This document shows positions 12,185-24,899 of a stretch of 64,000 bases of DNA, in pieces. Under the pieces are notes generated by a model. It saw only the letters and a program-made list of their open reading frames with translations. It had not been told where the DNA came from and ran no database searches. A program made the translations under genes and the position numbers. Source of the DNA: Lama glama (Eukaryota). Location: the NCBI GenBank assembly GCA_028534125.1, contig CM052817.1, positions 101,682,001 to 101,746,000 on the forward strand. Direction: 5' to 3'. The first letter of the stretch is position 1. Each line of letters opens with the position of its first letter.

Positions 12185-14376
12185 TAGGCAGACCTTGTTT
12201 TATTGCACTTGGCTTGACTGCACATCACAGATACTGTGTTTTTTACAAATTGAAGGTTTGTGACAACCCTGCATTGAACAAGTCTAGAGGCGCCATTTTC
12301 CCCAGCAGTATGCTCACATCATATCTCTGTGTCACATTTTGGTCTTTCTCATGATATTTCAAACTTTTTCATTATTATTACACTTTTTACGGTGACCTGT
12401 GATCAGTGATCTTTGATGTTTTGATTGTAATAGTTTTGGGGCGCCACAAACCATGTCCATGTAAGACAGCAAACTTAACCCATAAATGCTGGGTGTGTTC
12501 TGACTGCTCCTGACCAGACCGGCCATTCCCCCATCTCTAGCCCCTTCTCCTCCAGCGTCTCTATTCCCTGAGACACAGTAATACTGAAATTAGGTCGACT
12601 AATAACTCTACAAGTGTTCAAATGAGAGGAAGAGTCACATGGCTCTCACTAGAAATCAGAAACTAGAAATGATGAAGCTTGGTGAGAAAGGTATGCTGAA
12701 ATCTGAGACAGGCTAAAAGCTACGCCTCGTGTGTCAAACAGTGAGCCACGCTGTGAATGCAAATGAAAAGAGCTAGAAAGAAATGAAAAGTGCCGCTCCA
12801 GTGAACACACCAAGGAAAGTGAAACAGCCTTATTGCTGATGTAGAGGAAGTTTGAGTGGTCTGGATAGAGGATCAAACCAGCCACAACATTCTCTTAAGC
12901 CAAAGCCTAATTCAGGGCAAAACCCTAACTGTCTTTGATTCTGTGAAGGCTGAGAGAGGTGAGGAAGCTGCAGAAGAAAAGTTTGAAGTTAGCAGAGGTT
13001 GATTCATGAGGTTTAAGGAAAGACACTGTTTCCACAAAAGTACAAGGTGAAGCAGCAAGTGCTAATGTAGAAGCTGCAGCCAAGTTATCCAGAAGATCTA
13101 GCTCAGATCACTCACGAAGATAGCCGCACTGAATAGCAGATTTTTAGTATAGACAAAACAGCCTTCTATTGGAAGATGCCATCTAAGGCTTTCATAGCTA
13201 GAGAGAAGTCAATGCCTCGCTTCAAAGCTTCAAAGGACAGACTGACTCTCTTGTTAGGGGCTATTGCAGCTGGTGACTTTATGTTGAAGCCAATGTTCAT
13301 TTACCATCCTGAAAATTCTAGGGTCCTGAAGAATTATGCTCAGTCTATTCTGCTTCTGCTCAATAAATGGAACAACAGACTGGATTAGAGCACATCGATT
13401 GACAACAGGGTTTACTGAATACTTTAAGCTCACTGTTGAGAATTACTACTCACAAAAAGAGACTCCTTTCAAAATATTACTGCTCATTGACAATGCACCT
13501 GATCACCCAAGAGCTCTGATGCAGATGGACGAGATGAATGTTTTTATGCCTACTAACACAACATCCATTCTGCAGCTCATGGATCAACCAATTTCAACTT
13601 TCAAGTCTTATTATTTAAAGAAGTACATTTCATAAGCTATGGCTGTTGTAAACAGTGATTTCTCCAGTGGACCTGGGCAAAGTCAATTGAAAACTTTCTG
13701 GAAAGGATTCCCCATTCTAGATGTCATTAGGAACATTTGTGATTCATGGAAAGAGATCAAAATATCAACATTGACAGGAGTTTGGAAGAAGTTGATTCCC
13801 GTCCTTATGAATGACTTTGAGGGGTTCAAGACTTCAGTGGAGGATGGAACTGCAGATGTGGTGGAAATGGCAAAAGAACTAGAATTAGAAGTGGAGCCTG
13901 AAGAAGTGAATTACTTGCTGCAGCCTCATGATAAAATTCAGAAGGATGAGGCATTTCTTCCTACAGATGAGCAAAGAAAGTGGTTTCTTGAGGTGGAAAC
14001 TACTCCTGGTTAAGATGTGAAGACTGCTGAAATGACAACAAAGGATTTAGAATATTACATAAACTTAGTTGATAAAGCAGTGGCGGAGTGCGAGAATATT
14101 GACTCTACTTTTGAAAGAATTTCTACTGTGGGTAAAATGCTATCAAATAGCATTGTATGCTACAGGGAAATCATTCATGAAAAGAAGAGTCAATGCATGC
14201 AGCACACTTTATTGTTGACTTATTTTAAGGAATTTCCACACCCACCTCAACCTTTAGCAACCACCACACTGATCAGTCAGCAGCCATCAACACTGAGGCA
14301 AGACCATTCCATTCAATGAAGGCTCAGATGATGGCTATAAATTTTTTAGCAATGAAATATTTTAAATTAAGGTATG
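12185..14376 (+). mobile_element. Tigger1 (TcMar) DNA transposon, near full length, right end missing; decayed transposase
   Basis: Left TIR (c/t)aggcagaccttgttttattgc after a TA. ORF fragments 13176-14319 carry pogo/Tigger DDE motifs ([27 protein letters not shown]) and are broken by frameshifts and stops. Confidence 0.93.
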
Positions 14377-14439
14377 GGTTAGGGTTATCACCTTAAAACA
14401 AACCCTTATGTGAATAGGTCCATATAGGAACCTCATGAA

Positions 14440-16410
14440 CCACAAACTGAAAGTGAAAAGGTGGAAAAAGATATTTCATGCAAATAGAAACTAAAAGAAA
14501 GCTAGAGTAGCAGCACACATATCAGACAAAATGACTTTAAAACAAAGACTAAAACAAAAGACAAAGAAGGGCATCACAAAATGATAAAAGGATCTATCCA
14601 AGACAAGGATATAACATTTGTGAATATTTATACACCCAACACAGGAGCACCTAAATACATAAAGCAAATATTAACAGGCATAAAGGGAGACTCTGACAGC
14701 CATATAGTAAAAGCAGGGGACTTTAATACTCCACTTACATCAACAGATAGATCATCCGGACAGAAAATCAATATGGAAAACACTGGCCTTAAATGATACA
14801 TCAGATTAGATGAACTTAATAAGTATATATAGAAATTTGTATCCAACAACTGAAGAATACACATTCTTTTCAAATGCACAAGGAACATTCTCCAGGATAT
14901 ATCACATTCTAGGTCACAAAACCAGTGTCAATAAACTTAAGAAAATAGAAATCATATCAAGCATCTTTTTTGATCACAGCAGTATAAAAGTAGACATCAA
15001 TACAGGAAGAAAACTGGAAAAACATAAACACATGGAGACGAAACAGCATGCTACTAAACAACCAACAGAACAACAAAGAAATCAAAGAGGAAATAAAAAA
15101 AATACTTGGAGACAAATGAAAATGGAAACACAAAGATCCAGAATTTGTGGGACTCAGCAAAATCAGCTTTAAGAGGGAAGTTCATAGCAATACATGCCTT
15201 CAAGAAATAACAAAAAAAATTCAAATTAACAACCTAATTTTACATCTAAAGGAACTAGAAAAAGAAGAACAGACAAAGCCCAAAGTTAGTAGAATGGAGA
15301 TAATAAAGATGAAAGTGGAAGCAGAGCCCTAAAAAATAGCAAAGAGCAACAAAACTAAGAGCTGTTTTTTTGAAAAGATAAAAAAAATTGATGAACCTTT
15401 AGCCAGTCTCATCAAGAAAAATGAGAGGGCCCATATAAAATCAGAAATAAAAGAGGAGAAGTTGCAATGGATACCACAAACATACAAGCAATCATAAGAG
15501 ACTACTACAAACAATTACATGCCAACAAGTTAGACAACCTAGAAGCAATGGACAACTGCTAGAAACATACAGTCTTCCAAGACTGAATCACGAAGAAATA
15601 GAAAATCTGAATAGATCAATTACTAGTATCAGTAATCAAAAACTTCCAAGGAAAGTCCAGGATTAGATGGCTTCACAGGGAGTTCTACCAAACATTTAAA
15701 TAAGAGTTACTACTTACTCTTCTCAAACTATTTGAAAGAACGGAAGAAGAGGGAACACTCCCAAACTCAATCTACGAGGCCAATATTACCCTGATACCCA
15801 AATGAGACAAAGACACTACAAAACAAGAGAAAATTACAGGCCAATATCCCTAATGAACATAGGGGCAAATATCCTTAACATCATGATCAAGTAGGATTTA
15901 TTCCAGGGATGTAAGGATTATCCCATATCCACATATCAATCAATATGATACACCACATGAACAAAACAAAGGATAAAAATCACATGATATCTCAACAGAT
16001 TCAGAAAAAGGATCTGACAAAACTCAACATCCATTTATGATAAAATCTCTCAACAAAGAGGGTATAGAGGGAACATACATCAACATAATAAAGACCGTTT
16101 ATAACAAACCAACAGCTAATGTCATACTCGATGGTGAAAAGCTGAACACTTCTCTTCTAGGATCAGGAACGAGACAAGGATGCAAACTCTTGCCACTTAT
16201 TCAACATAGTATTGGAAGTCCGGGCCACAACAATTAGACAATACAAAGAAACAAGTCATCCAAATTGCAAGGAAAGAAACACAACTGTCACTATTTGCAG
16301 ATGATACGGTACTCTATATAGAAAGCTCTAAAGACTCCAGCAAAAAACAACTAGAACCAATGAATGAATCCAGCCAACTTGCAGGATATAAAATTAATAT
16401 ACGAGAATAT
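14440..16410 (+). mobile_element. L1 ORF2 segment (endonuclease to RT), decayed
   Basis: ORF fragments IKGSIQ...NIYTPN...GDFNTPL, YTFFS...SRI.HILG, GTRQGC, LFADD. Confidence 0.93.
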
Positions 16411-17150
16411 GAGATTCCCTGTGGTTCCTGGATCTGAAAATCTTTCCTTCCCTAGGCTAGGGTATTTTTCAGTCATTATTTCTTCAAAGATGCTTTCTGC
16501 CCCTTTCTCTCTCTCTTCTCCATCGGGATTCCTGTGATATGAATGTTAGTAATGCTTGATGTTGTCCCAGAGATCCCTTAATGTAACCTAATGTTTTTTA
16601 ATTCTTTTTTTTCTTTTTGTTGTTCTGATTAGGTGATTTCCACTCTTCTATATTCCTGGTCACTGATCCGTCTCATCTAATCTGCTATTGATTCCCTCTA
16701 GTGTATCTTCCACTTCAGTTATTGTCTTCTCCAGCTCTGCTTGGTTCTCTTTTATCTTTCCTAACTATTTGTTGAGGCTCTCACTGTGTTCCCTTCATTC
16801 TTCTCCCAAGGTTTGTGAAAATCTTTGTGACTGTCACTGAGCTCTTTATCAAGTAAGTGACTTGTCTCTGTTTCATTATTTATTTTTTTTCCTGGAGTTT
16901 TATCTTGTTCTGTCCTTTTGAACAAATTCCTTTGTCTCGTTTTGTTTGACTTTTCGTGTTTATTTCCATGAATTAACGGCTACCTCCCAGTCTTGAAGGT
17001 GTGGCCTTGTATAGTGGTGCCCCTGTGTGCTGGGTGCCGTTGGCAGGCTAACTGGGGCCCAAGTGGGCGTGCACTGGGATTTCCCAGGGTGTGCTGTGGC
17101 CGAGTTGCCTTGCCTGGATGGCTGAAGTGGGTGTGAGCTGGGGCCAGGGC
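16411..17150 (-). mobile_element. L1 5' UTR / ORF1 N-terminal segment, opposite in orientation to the adjacent ORF2 piece
   Basis: T-rich reverse complement of the ORF1 coiled-coil region (cctggatctg = QIQE-like), ending in a GC-richer 5' UTR-like tract. Confidence 0.7.
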
Positions 17151-20005
17151 TATTTTAAAAGACATTCTGCTTCACTGAATTCTAGTCAGAAGGGATCTTG
17201 TGAAACATTATGGTTTAAATGGGGGTTTATGGGCTTGCCTGGTAAATGATTTGTCATTTACATTATTTCTATGGTGAAACACTTTCCCCACTTCAGGCTA
17301 CTGACATACAAGGGTTATCTAGACAGCACCTCCCCCTGTGGGTGTAATCCTGCCTTGTGGGAGGGGTCTGCCACGGGGACTTACATGGAGCAGGAAACTC
17401 ACACGGGCTGCACAAGGTGTCTCAGATCGCCATGAGGCCATGTCATCTCCAAAGAGGGTCAGAGAAGGCCTTTGGGTTCTTTCTGCCACAGTGACTCCTT
17501 GGGCCATTGGTCCTAATGATTGGCCGGTGCTGAGCGCCGTGAACCATTGTTCAGTGCAGTGACATAAAGGTAGAGGTCAGTGTGCTAAAAAGTGGTGGCT
17601 CTGAGGTCTCCCTCCAACCCTGGCAACACCGGCCCACACCGGAGTGCTGACCTTGAACTCCACATATACTCTCTGCATGGAGGGGTCCCTCTCAAGGTGG
17701 CTCCAGCATCAGAGGTGTGTCTGACTAATAATGGCTTAAACTGCAGGGTTTCTCTGTGCAAAGCAGTTTGTTGATGTAATTAAGCCACAGCACACTGTTG
17801 GGGGCAGGGGCTTTGCCTTCCAGTCTGTGGCTTGATGCTGGGCTCCCTTGCTTACGGCTTGTGCGACCTTGGCCACCCTACTTAGCATGTCTTCCTATGA
17901 TTGCCTCCTTTATGGAGTGAGGAGGGTAACGCCAGCTCCTAAAGCAGTCCTGAAGATTAGATGAAAAAATGTATTAATGTTTAAAAGGCCTCACTGCTCA
18001 ATATGTCATCTCACTGTTACGGATGCTGTGTCTTCCATATCTGCCCCTCCTTCCCAAACCTTCCTGCTTATTGATGGTGTGAGTTTGTAGAGCCCTAGAG
18101 GCCAGAACTTCCTTGCTACTCAGATGGCACTGGGCGGCAGATACGCCAGATTAGAAATTGTGCCTGTGCTTCAGAGCAGCCTGCCCAAAGGGAAGTTGGC
18201 TTGGGGTTGGAACTGATGTGATCAAGCCCAGCTCTTTGTGGCTGGCCTGCGGCCTGTTTTTGAGCCTGGATATTGTTGACAGTCAACCCGACTGCAGTAG
18301 AGACGAAACCCACTTCCCATTCTCGGTTACTGTCTCCCACAGAGGGGTCTTGGTCCGGTCTATGAGAGGAACAGCCAGTGTTTAAACTGCGCTGGTCTCG
18401 GAGACGGCTCCTCTTGGGTCTGCCAGATTCTACACCCTGCTAATTTGCTCCAACCAGCTTTCCTCCCTGGTTGTGACATCCTCCACTTCCCAATGGAAAG
18501 TAGCTAAGATGTGCCTTACCAATAAGACGATGATTAAGCAAAGATGTACAAAGTCCTTAGGGCATACTACCTCTCATAAACAGGAACTTCCTTATCCAGA
18601 CTGCTTTTCTAGAAGAAATGGAGCCCCGATGAGCCTCTCCCATTGTTATCTCTTAAATAGTAGCAGAGTGTCTTGGCTCTCACACTGTGCCAGGCTCAGA
18701 GCAGCACAGGCAGGAAGGACCTGAGGTGGGAGCACTGCTAACACGAGAAGCAGAGGGCACGAGACCCTGGCCTCCTGAGACAGAGGAGCCATGACGTGTC
18801 AGGAGGCAGATTTGGGTATTCTGGGGAATGGAGTTCCGCTTCACGGGCACAGAAGTACTGTGTTTAGCTTAGGTAATTCATTATACAGTAGGAAAGTGAA
18901 CCGTTTTCACTGAAATAGAATACAGATTACATCCAGGGGATGAAAACAAGTGCATTTCAATTCATCCAAAACTTAGACCACTCTCACAGTCTTAAGTAAC
19001 TGACAGCATTTTGTAAGAAGGAGAAGGGGTACCATATGCCCATTTACTGAGGAGTAAACCAGGCCCTACAAAGGCTGCATAAAACCCCAAACTGGCCAGT
19101 TTAGGAAGTCTCCTAAAACCACCCTAAAGCTCTTGCCTAAGTGGTGTTAAATTAAAATACTCATAAGCTTGAATTCATTTCTTTGAATGTCACTCTTTCT
19201 CATCACATGTATTTGATTTCTCTCGCTGAACAGATTTTCCTTCTCTAAAGTAGAAGAAATAGTTGATGTTTGTCTCTCCCATTTTTCTAGGGGATTAGAA
19301 ACAAACACCCCAATGGCTAAATAATCATAAAACTATTTCACAGCCGCTTAGAATTTACTCTCCATCACAGTTCAAAACTTGACATTGTCTAATGTCCATT
19401 TAATGCTCCATATTTTCTCTTTAGCTCATCAATTGCATGTGGATTGGATTCAGATCTAGTCTCCAGAACCAGGAGAATAAGAACAAACTTGTGGAAACTT
19501 TATGAGATTATAAGCACTTTGGAAAGATTTGTGGATGATCTGATGGAATTACATAAATTTCAAGAGGTTGACAATGATAATTAAAGTGAGCATTGGAATA
19601 TTAAAACCACATTTATTCCGAAAGTAATAAGTTGTCCATTACTCATGATTTATCAGACATAAAATACATACCTCATTGCTAGAAGTACAAACTTCTGACT
19701 CTTGCTTTATTATAAAATGCGTGTGACTCGACTTAGAGTGGGATCGCATAAAATGCTGAGCTCAAAGATTACCGTGCAAATAGTGCTCCAGAGAATTTAA
19801 ACAATAGTTTCACTTCTCTTTCTCCTGGCCTTCACAAGCTAGTATCTGAAGTCATAGATTTTACAGGCATGTCTGAATCACCGTTAAATGTCCTCTGTGA
19901 ACTCACAGCAGTATAGCTGATCTCTCACTAGTTTTGCTCTAAAGGGTCAAAGGAGTGTCACACCCTCCTCTCCATCAGGAAAATGGAAATTAAATATAAT
20001 TTTTA

Positions 20006-20215
<210 letters not shown>

Positions 20216-23200
20216 TCAGAGAGATGAACAGAAAGTCTCCTTCAGTGACTGAGGGTCTAGATGGCACACCCACTAGTAAACAATTCAGAAGCTACGCTGG
20301 GGGAAGCCACCTTCACAATCCTGTCTGGAACATGCAACTGGCTCCCCACCCAACTGCAAGCTGTTCTGCGCATGCGTAGCTATGGAGCAGGTCGGCGTCA
20401 TTATCTGGACACTCGGGTGAGAAGTAATTCAAAACACCCACCTTCCATCACCTCCTTCCTCTGGATACTTCAGATGAAAGCAACTTTAGGCTGCAATAGC
20501 AATGTGATTATGGACTAATGAGCCTCACTTGAGTTGTTAAAATTGGGGAACCGCAGTGCCTGCTTCCCTGGGCTGACCAAGGTGGGGAACAAGTGAGATC
20601 ACAGCTGGGAGAGCGCTCTGGAAACACTACTGGATGCTGAGGGGCTGTTGTTACTATCCCGGCACGTGTGCAAATGCACGGTGCCGGCAAAGGCGGAAGT
20701 GGAGTCAGAGCAGCGTCTGGGAGGTCTCCTGCCGGCTGTCCCAGCGCGCTCCTCAGCGTTAAGCCTCTTATCCCAGCTGTGGGGTTATCTTGCACCTGAT
20801 GATCAGATCTGCAACCCACCGGTTTGCTTCTGGTCTTTTCTCTCCAATTACTGGTGCCTTTTCCAAGCAGCCCAAGTTGTAGATTAGACCCTTTCCTGTC
20901 CCTCTGTCTGTCACCCCTTGTGGCCTGTACCACTGACATGAGTCCAGGTAGCCTTCAGAGGGTCCTTTAAGTTGGCTGGCCTCAATCCCACATGGCAGGA
21001 AGCAGGACAGACTGCGCTGATGGGCTGTGGGTCAATGACTTGATACAGTTGCCATAGTGACGCTTCTACTCTATAGATCAGGCCTAGTACCAGCTATTCA
21101 CCAACCTGTAAAAAGCAGATAGGTTGAAATAATAGCAATAACCTTTGGACTTTTATGTTTTATCACATTTGGACTGACCACCTATATTTGCTCAGCACCA
21201 GTATACAAGGGGGATGGCAAAGAGGTTTTGTCTCAGGTGTGGACTTTAATTGGTCATGGCACCTGGCAATGCTCTATCGAGGAAGATTCTGAGCCTGGGT
21301 TCTGGTTTATCAATAAAGAGTATCACGATCAATTAATTATGTCTGCCAGTGATGTGGAAAGAGCTTTCAGAGCATGTGTGTCACAGGTTTATCACCTGAG
21401 TATAAAAAAGACATGCCATTTGCTAACTTTGTTCATCTTGGTGATAAAAGGAGGTGATTTAGACAAAAGAGTCTACTTTAAAAAAGTTTTTGGATCTTTT
21501 AATAAGAACTTGGTGATAATAGTCTCGAAGTCAGTAACTGAAATTATTTGATAGAACTTCAAAGTGTAAATGAAAAAGGCCAGGCCACAGTCATTCTTCT
21601 TTCCATGTCAAACGAGAAGATACATTTTTCCAGGCTTTTCATTCTTTTTATTTCTTCATCCCCGTGAATGGCCTGGATCTGAAGTCTTCTTAGGGTGCCT
21701 CTAAATCTCCTCTCAGAGAACATGACAGCTGTTATGATACATATGCATTTGGACAAAGATACACACAGAGTAAATCTGAAGTAACTATTTGGAGAGTTTG
21801 GGAAAAAAAATATCCTATCACTTACTTTTTTGGTTTTTAAGATTCAAGCAGTACTTCCACAGAAGAATAAATATTCTTCACTCCTGCCTGGATTCGTCAG
21901 ATCATTGCTTTAATCTTCTGTCCTGCTTTGTGGGGGTAGTCAAAGGTAATGAATGAGTTTGCACCTTTATTTTTGAAATTGAGATAAATGTGTATATATC
22001 CAAATAGGAAAAACAAGCTTTACTTGAGGGAGCAGAATAGTTTCTCATGAGGGCCAGAAACCACAGGCTAGATAACCAGGACTCACGCCCAGTTTCCTTT
22101 AGCACTCAGCATCAGAACCGTGACTCTGCTATGGATAATAAGAGTGTGTAGCCTTTTAAAAAATTCTCCTCAGTATTTTGGTCATTCATTTCCTCTAGCT
22201 CATCATGGAGATGGTTATAGAGGATAAATGATAGATTCTGGCTTCTTTTGTTCATTACTTCTGATAGGAAAGAAGGAAATGGACATAAACTCCATCTTTC
22301 AAAATCTGATCATCTATCATTTGCATTTTTCATCCTTTTGTTTTAAGAATTTGATTCACTTTAACATTTACCCCATAAATGCTGATTTTTTTGAAAAATA
22401 AAAAGATTTAGTTCATTTTAATTTAGTGAAATGACCATCCTCTTATATTTTATACTTTAGACTATAAGCCAAAGTTTACAAGACTAATCTATTTCCTCTG
22501 ATCGGTGGAGTTATACTTTACTGTAGTTTGAAGCGATGATTGGTTTTTTATAAAACTAGTTCTCTCCCTGTAGATCTATAATTGCAACCCATTTCTAGAA
22601 GATGCCAAATTTCTCTTACTTGATGCCTGGCTTTCATTAACAGTACATAACAATGTTCAAATGTATAGACATGCTACTTTTAAAAAATAGGCCTTGGAGA
22701 TCAGAAATAAAGGAAAGTAAAGAAAAAAAGTCCCTATAGCGTGTTGTATATGCAAATATTTAATTTCTTAACTATCTATAAAGTGCGTACTCAATGTCAT
22801 ATTTTCTCAACCTGCCAGGGGAAAGGTCAGAAATTCACATTATGAATTCAATAATTGCATGGGAAGTCATTTTGAAATGAGGGCCACATTTCAGAGCAAT
22901 TTAAAAGATTCTTTATCAATTTCCAGAGCAGTTAAAACTTCTCATTTTTAATAGTAACTGCCACATATGAAATGCAGGAATGTTGTTCCTCATAAATAAA
23001 CACATGAAATACGTGAAATGGAGGTGCAAGCTTGCGGAGGAGAAAGGTTGGCAGCTGGGACACATTAATGATGCCAGAGGGGTCACCATCTGGGCATGTG
23101 CGGATAAAACACATCTGCATTCCTGGCGGAGGGCAGCCCGTGCATCTGGATCACATCACCCCAGCCTCCCCACCCACATATCGTGGCAGGAGGAATTTCC

Positions 23201-24899
23201 TGACAAATACGATGCTGCCCAAAGGTACCATGTTTGTTCTTGGGGCCAGGCACATGATGAATCTGAGAAGAACTGCTAATCAAGACAAAACAAAGATATC
23301 TCTTCATTTGTCTAATTGTACAGAATGATGAATGGGTCACACCAAGCAAAAGAAAGAAAAAAAGGAGAGAGAAAGAAAGTTATGTGATGCCCATTCCCTT
23401 TGCACTGCAAATCCCCAACTTGCCTGCAACCATTGGCGGGTGTGTCTGTGTGTATTTGTGTGGGTGGGCACGGAGGGAGATGCTCAAAGGTAAGCAGAAA
23501 ATTATCCTGAGAATAAATGACTCCAGAAAATATTGCTGCTATCCGTGCAAAGTCAGTAAATGGAAGTGTGGACAATTCGAACAAGTAAAAGTACAGAATC
23601 CTGGCATATGAAGGGCTCTTAGAAATTCACTTGGTCCATATTTCTATTCCATTCAATTTAGACTGTTGATTCTGCCATGGTATGTGTGGATGTAGGTATG
23701 CAACTTTGTATGTATTTGTGTCTTGCCTCATTTTAAAAAGACTCAATAGATGCTTTATTGGTACAGCAATATGTGCTAGTGTTTCACAGCTATTAATAGG
23801 CAGGAAGTTTGATTTAAATAGAGCAATGTTTCAACTTGTGGCAAATTATTTGCTTGTGTATTGATGCAAGTCAACAGTGTGTGTGTGAAGTCCAATTTCT
23901 GTGTGTGTATCATCAGGCTTTCTATTGATTTGAAGGAGAGTAGAAGGGTTCTTTTTTGGTGCCTCCTCCCCCATTTCCTGCAGATACGAAAAGTAGGAAA
24001 CAAAAGAAGGTGGAGAGGACGATGTTGAATGAAATTGTATTTTTTAATTAAATGCGGCTAAAAGCATTTGGAAATAATTTAACGTTGAGGCTTTGCCCAC
24101 ATCTACATCATGTCAACTGATATTTCCAGCTGATAGTCAGCTGGAAAGAGAAAAATTCAAATGTCCAGATGCTCAGTCTCTGTTGCACTAAAACTGTGAC
24201 TGTGTATTTGGAAACATCCAGGTATTTGGCAGTATCTCAAACAAAACATAAAAAATTTTCTACTTTCTACCCACACTTTTGGGCATCCCTTGGGAGCAGT
24301 TAATGTTGTATTTTTAAACTTTATTTTCATAATCACCTGTTTCTTTTGCTTTAGGTATTTTAGAGAAACTGCCCCGATGTACACAGCTCCTGTGCACAGT
24401 ACACAGGAACTGTCTAGATGAACGAGCACTTCAGAAGATAGACCAATTTGTTGAAAGCTCTGTCTGAAAAAGTTCTGAGCTTTTTGGAACAGTCTCTCAT
24501 CTCTGAAGTCCATGGTCCAAATTATGCATGAAATAATGTGAAAGTAATAAGACTTCATGTATAATAAACAGTAACTTCAGGGTACAAACATTATATGTAA
24601 GTAATAATACCTTCAGTATACAAAGCTGTTTACACATATTATTACGTGTACACTTCCTACTTTTTTCTCGTAACTCCCCTACCTTTTGTATCTGTAAATT
24701 CCCACCTCCACCATTGATCATCGATTTATTTAGTTGTTCCATCCCAGCATGACATATATAGCGGCTGCAGAATTGTTAACCCAGACCACCGTGAGAAACA
24801 ACCTCATCAAGTCGGGTTCAGCGATCACATGCAGTTCCCACTGCCTTCATCTTACAGATGTCTCTCATTTCCAAAGGTACCTGGAACAGTCCCTGCCCC

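Noticed and set aside
13176..14319. Domesticated TIGD1-like transposase gene
   Set aside because: Multiple frameshifts and stops and a missing right end; this is a decayed Tigger1 copy.
23254..23266. C/D box snoRNA (ATGATGA..CTGA)
   Set aside because: The boxes are only 2 nt apart, there is no terminal stem, and they are antisense to the host gene.
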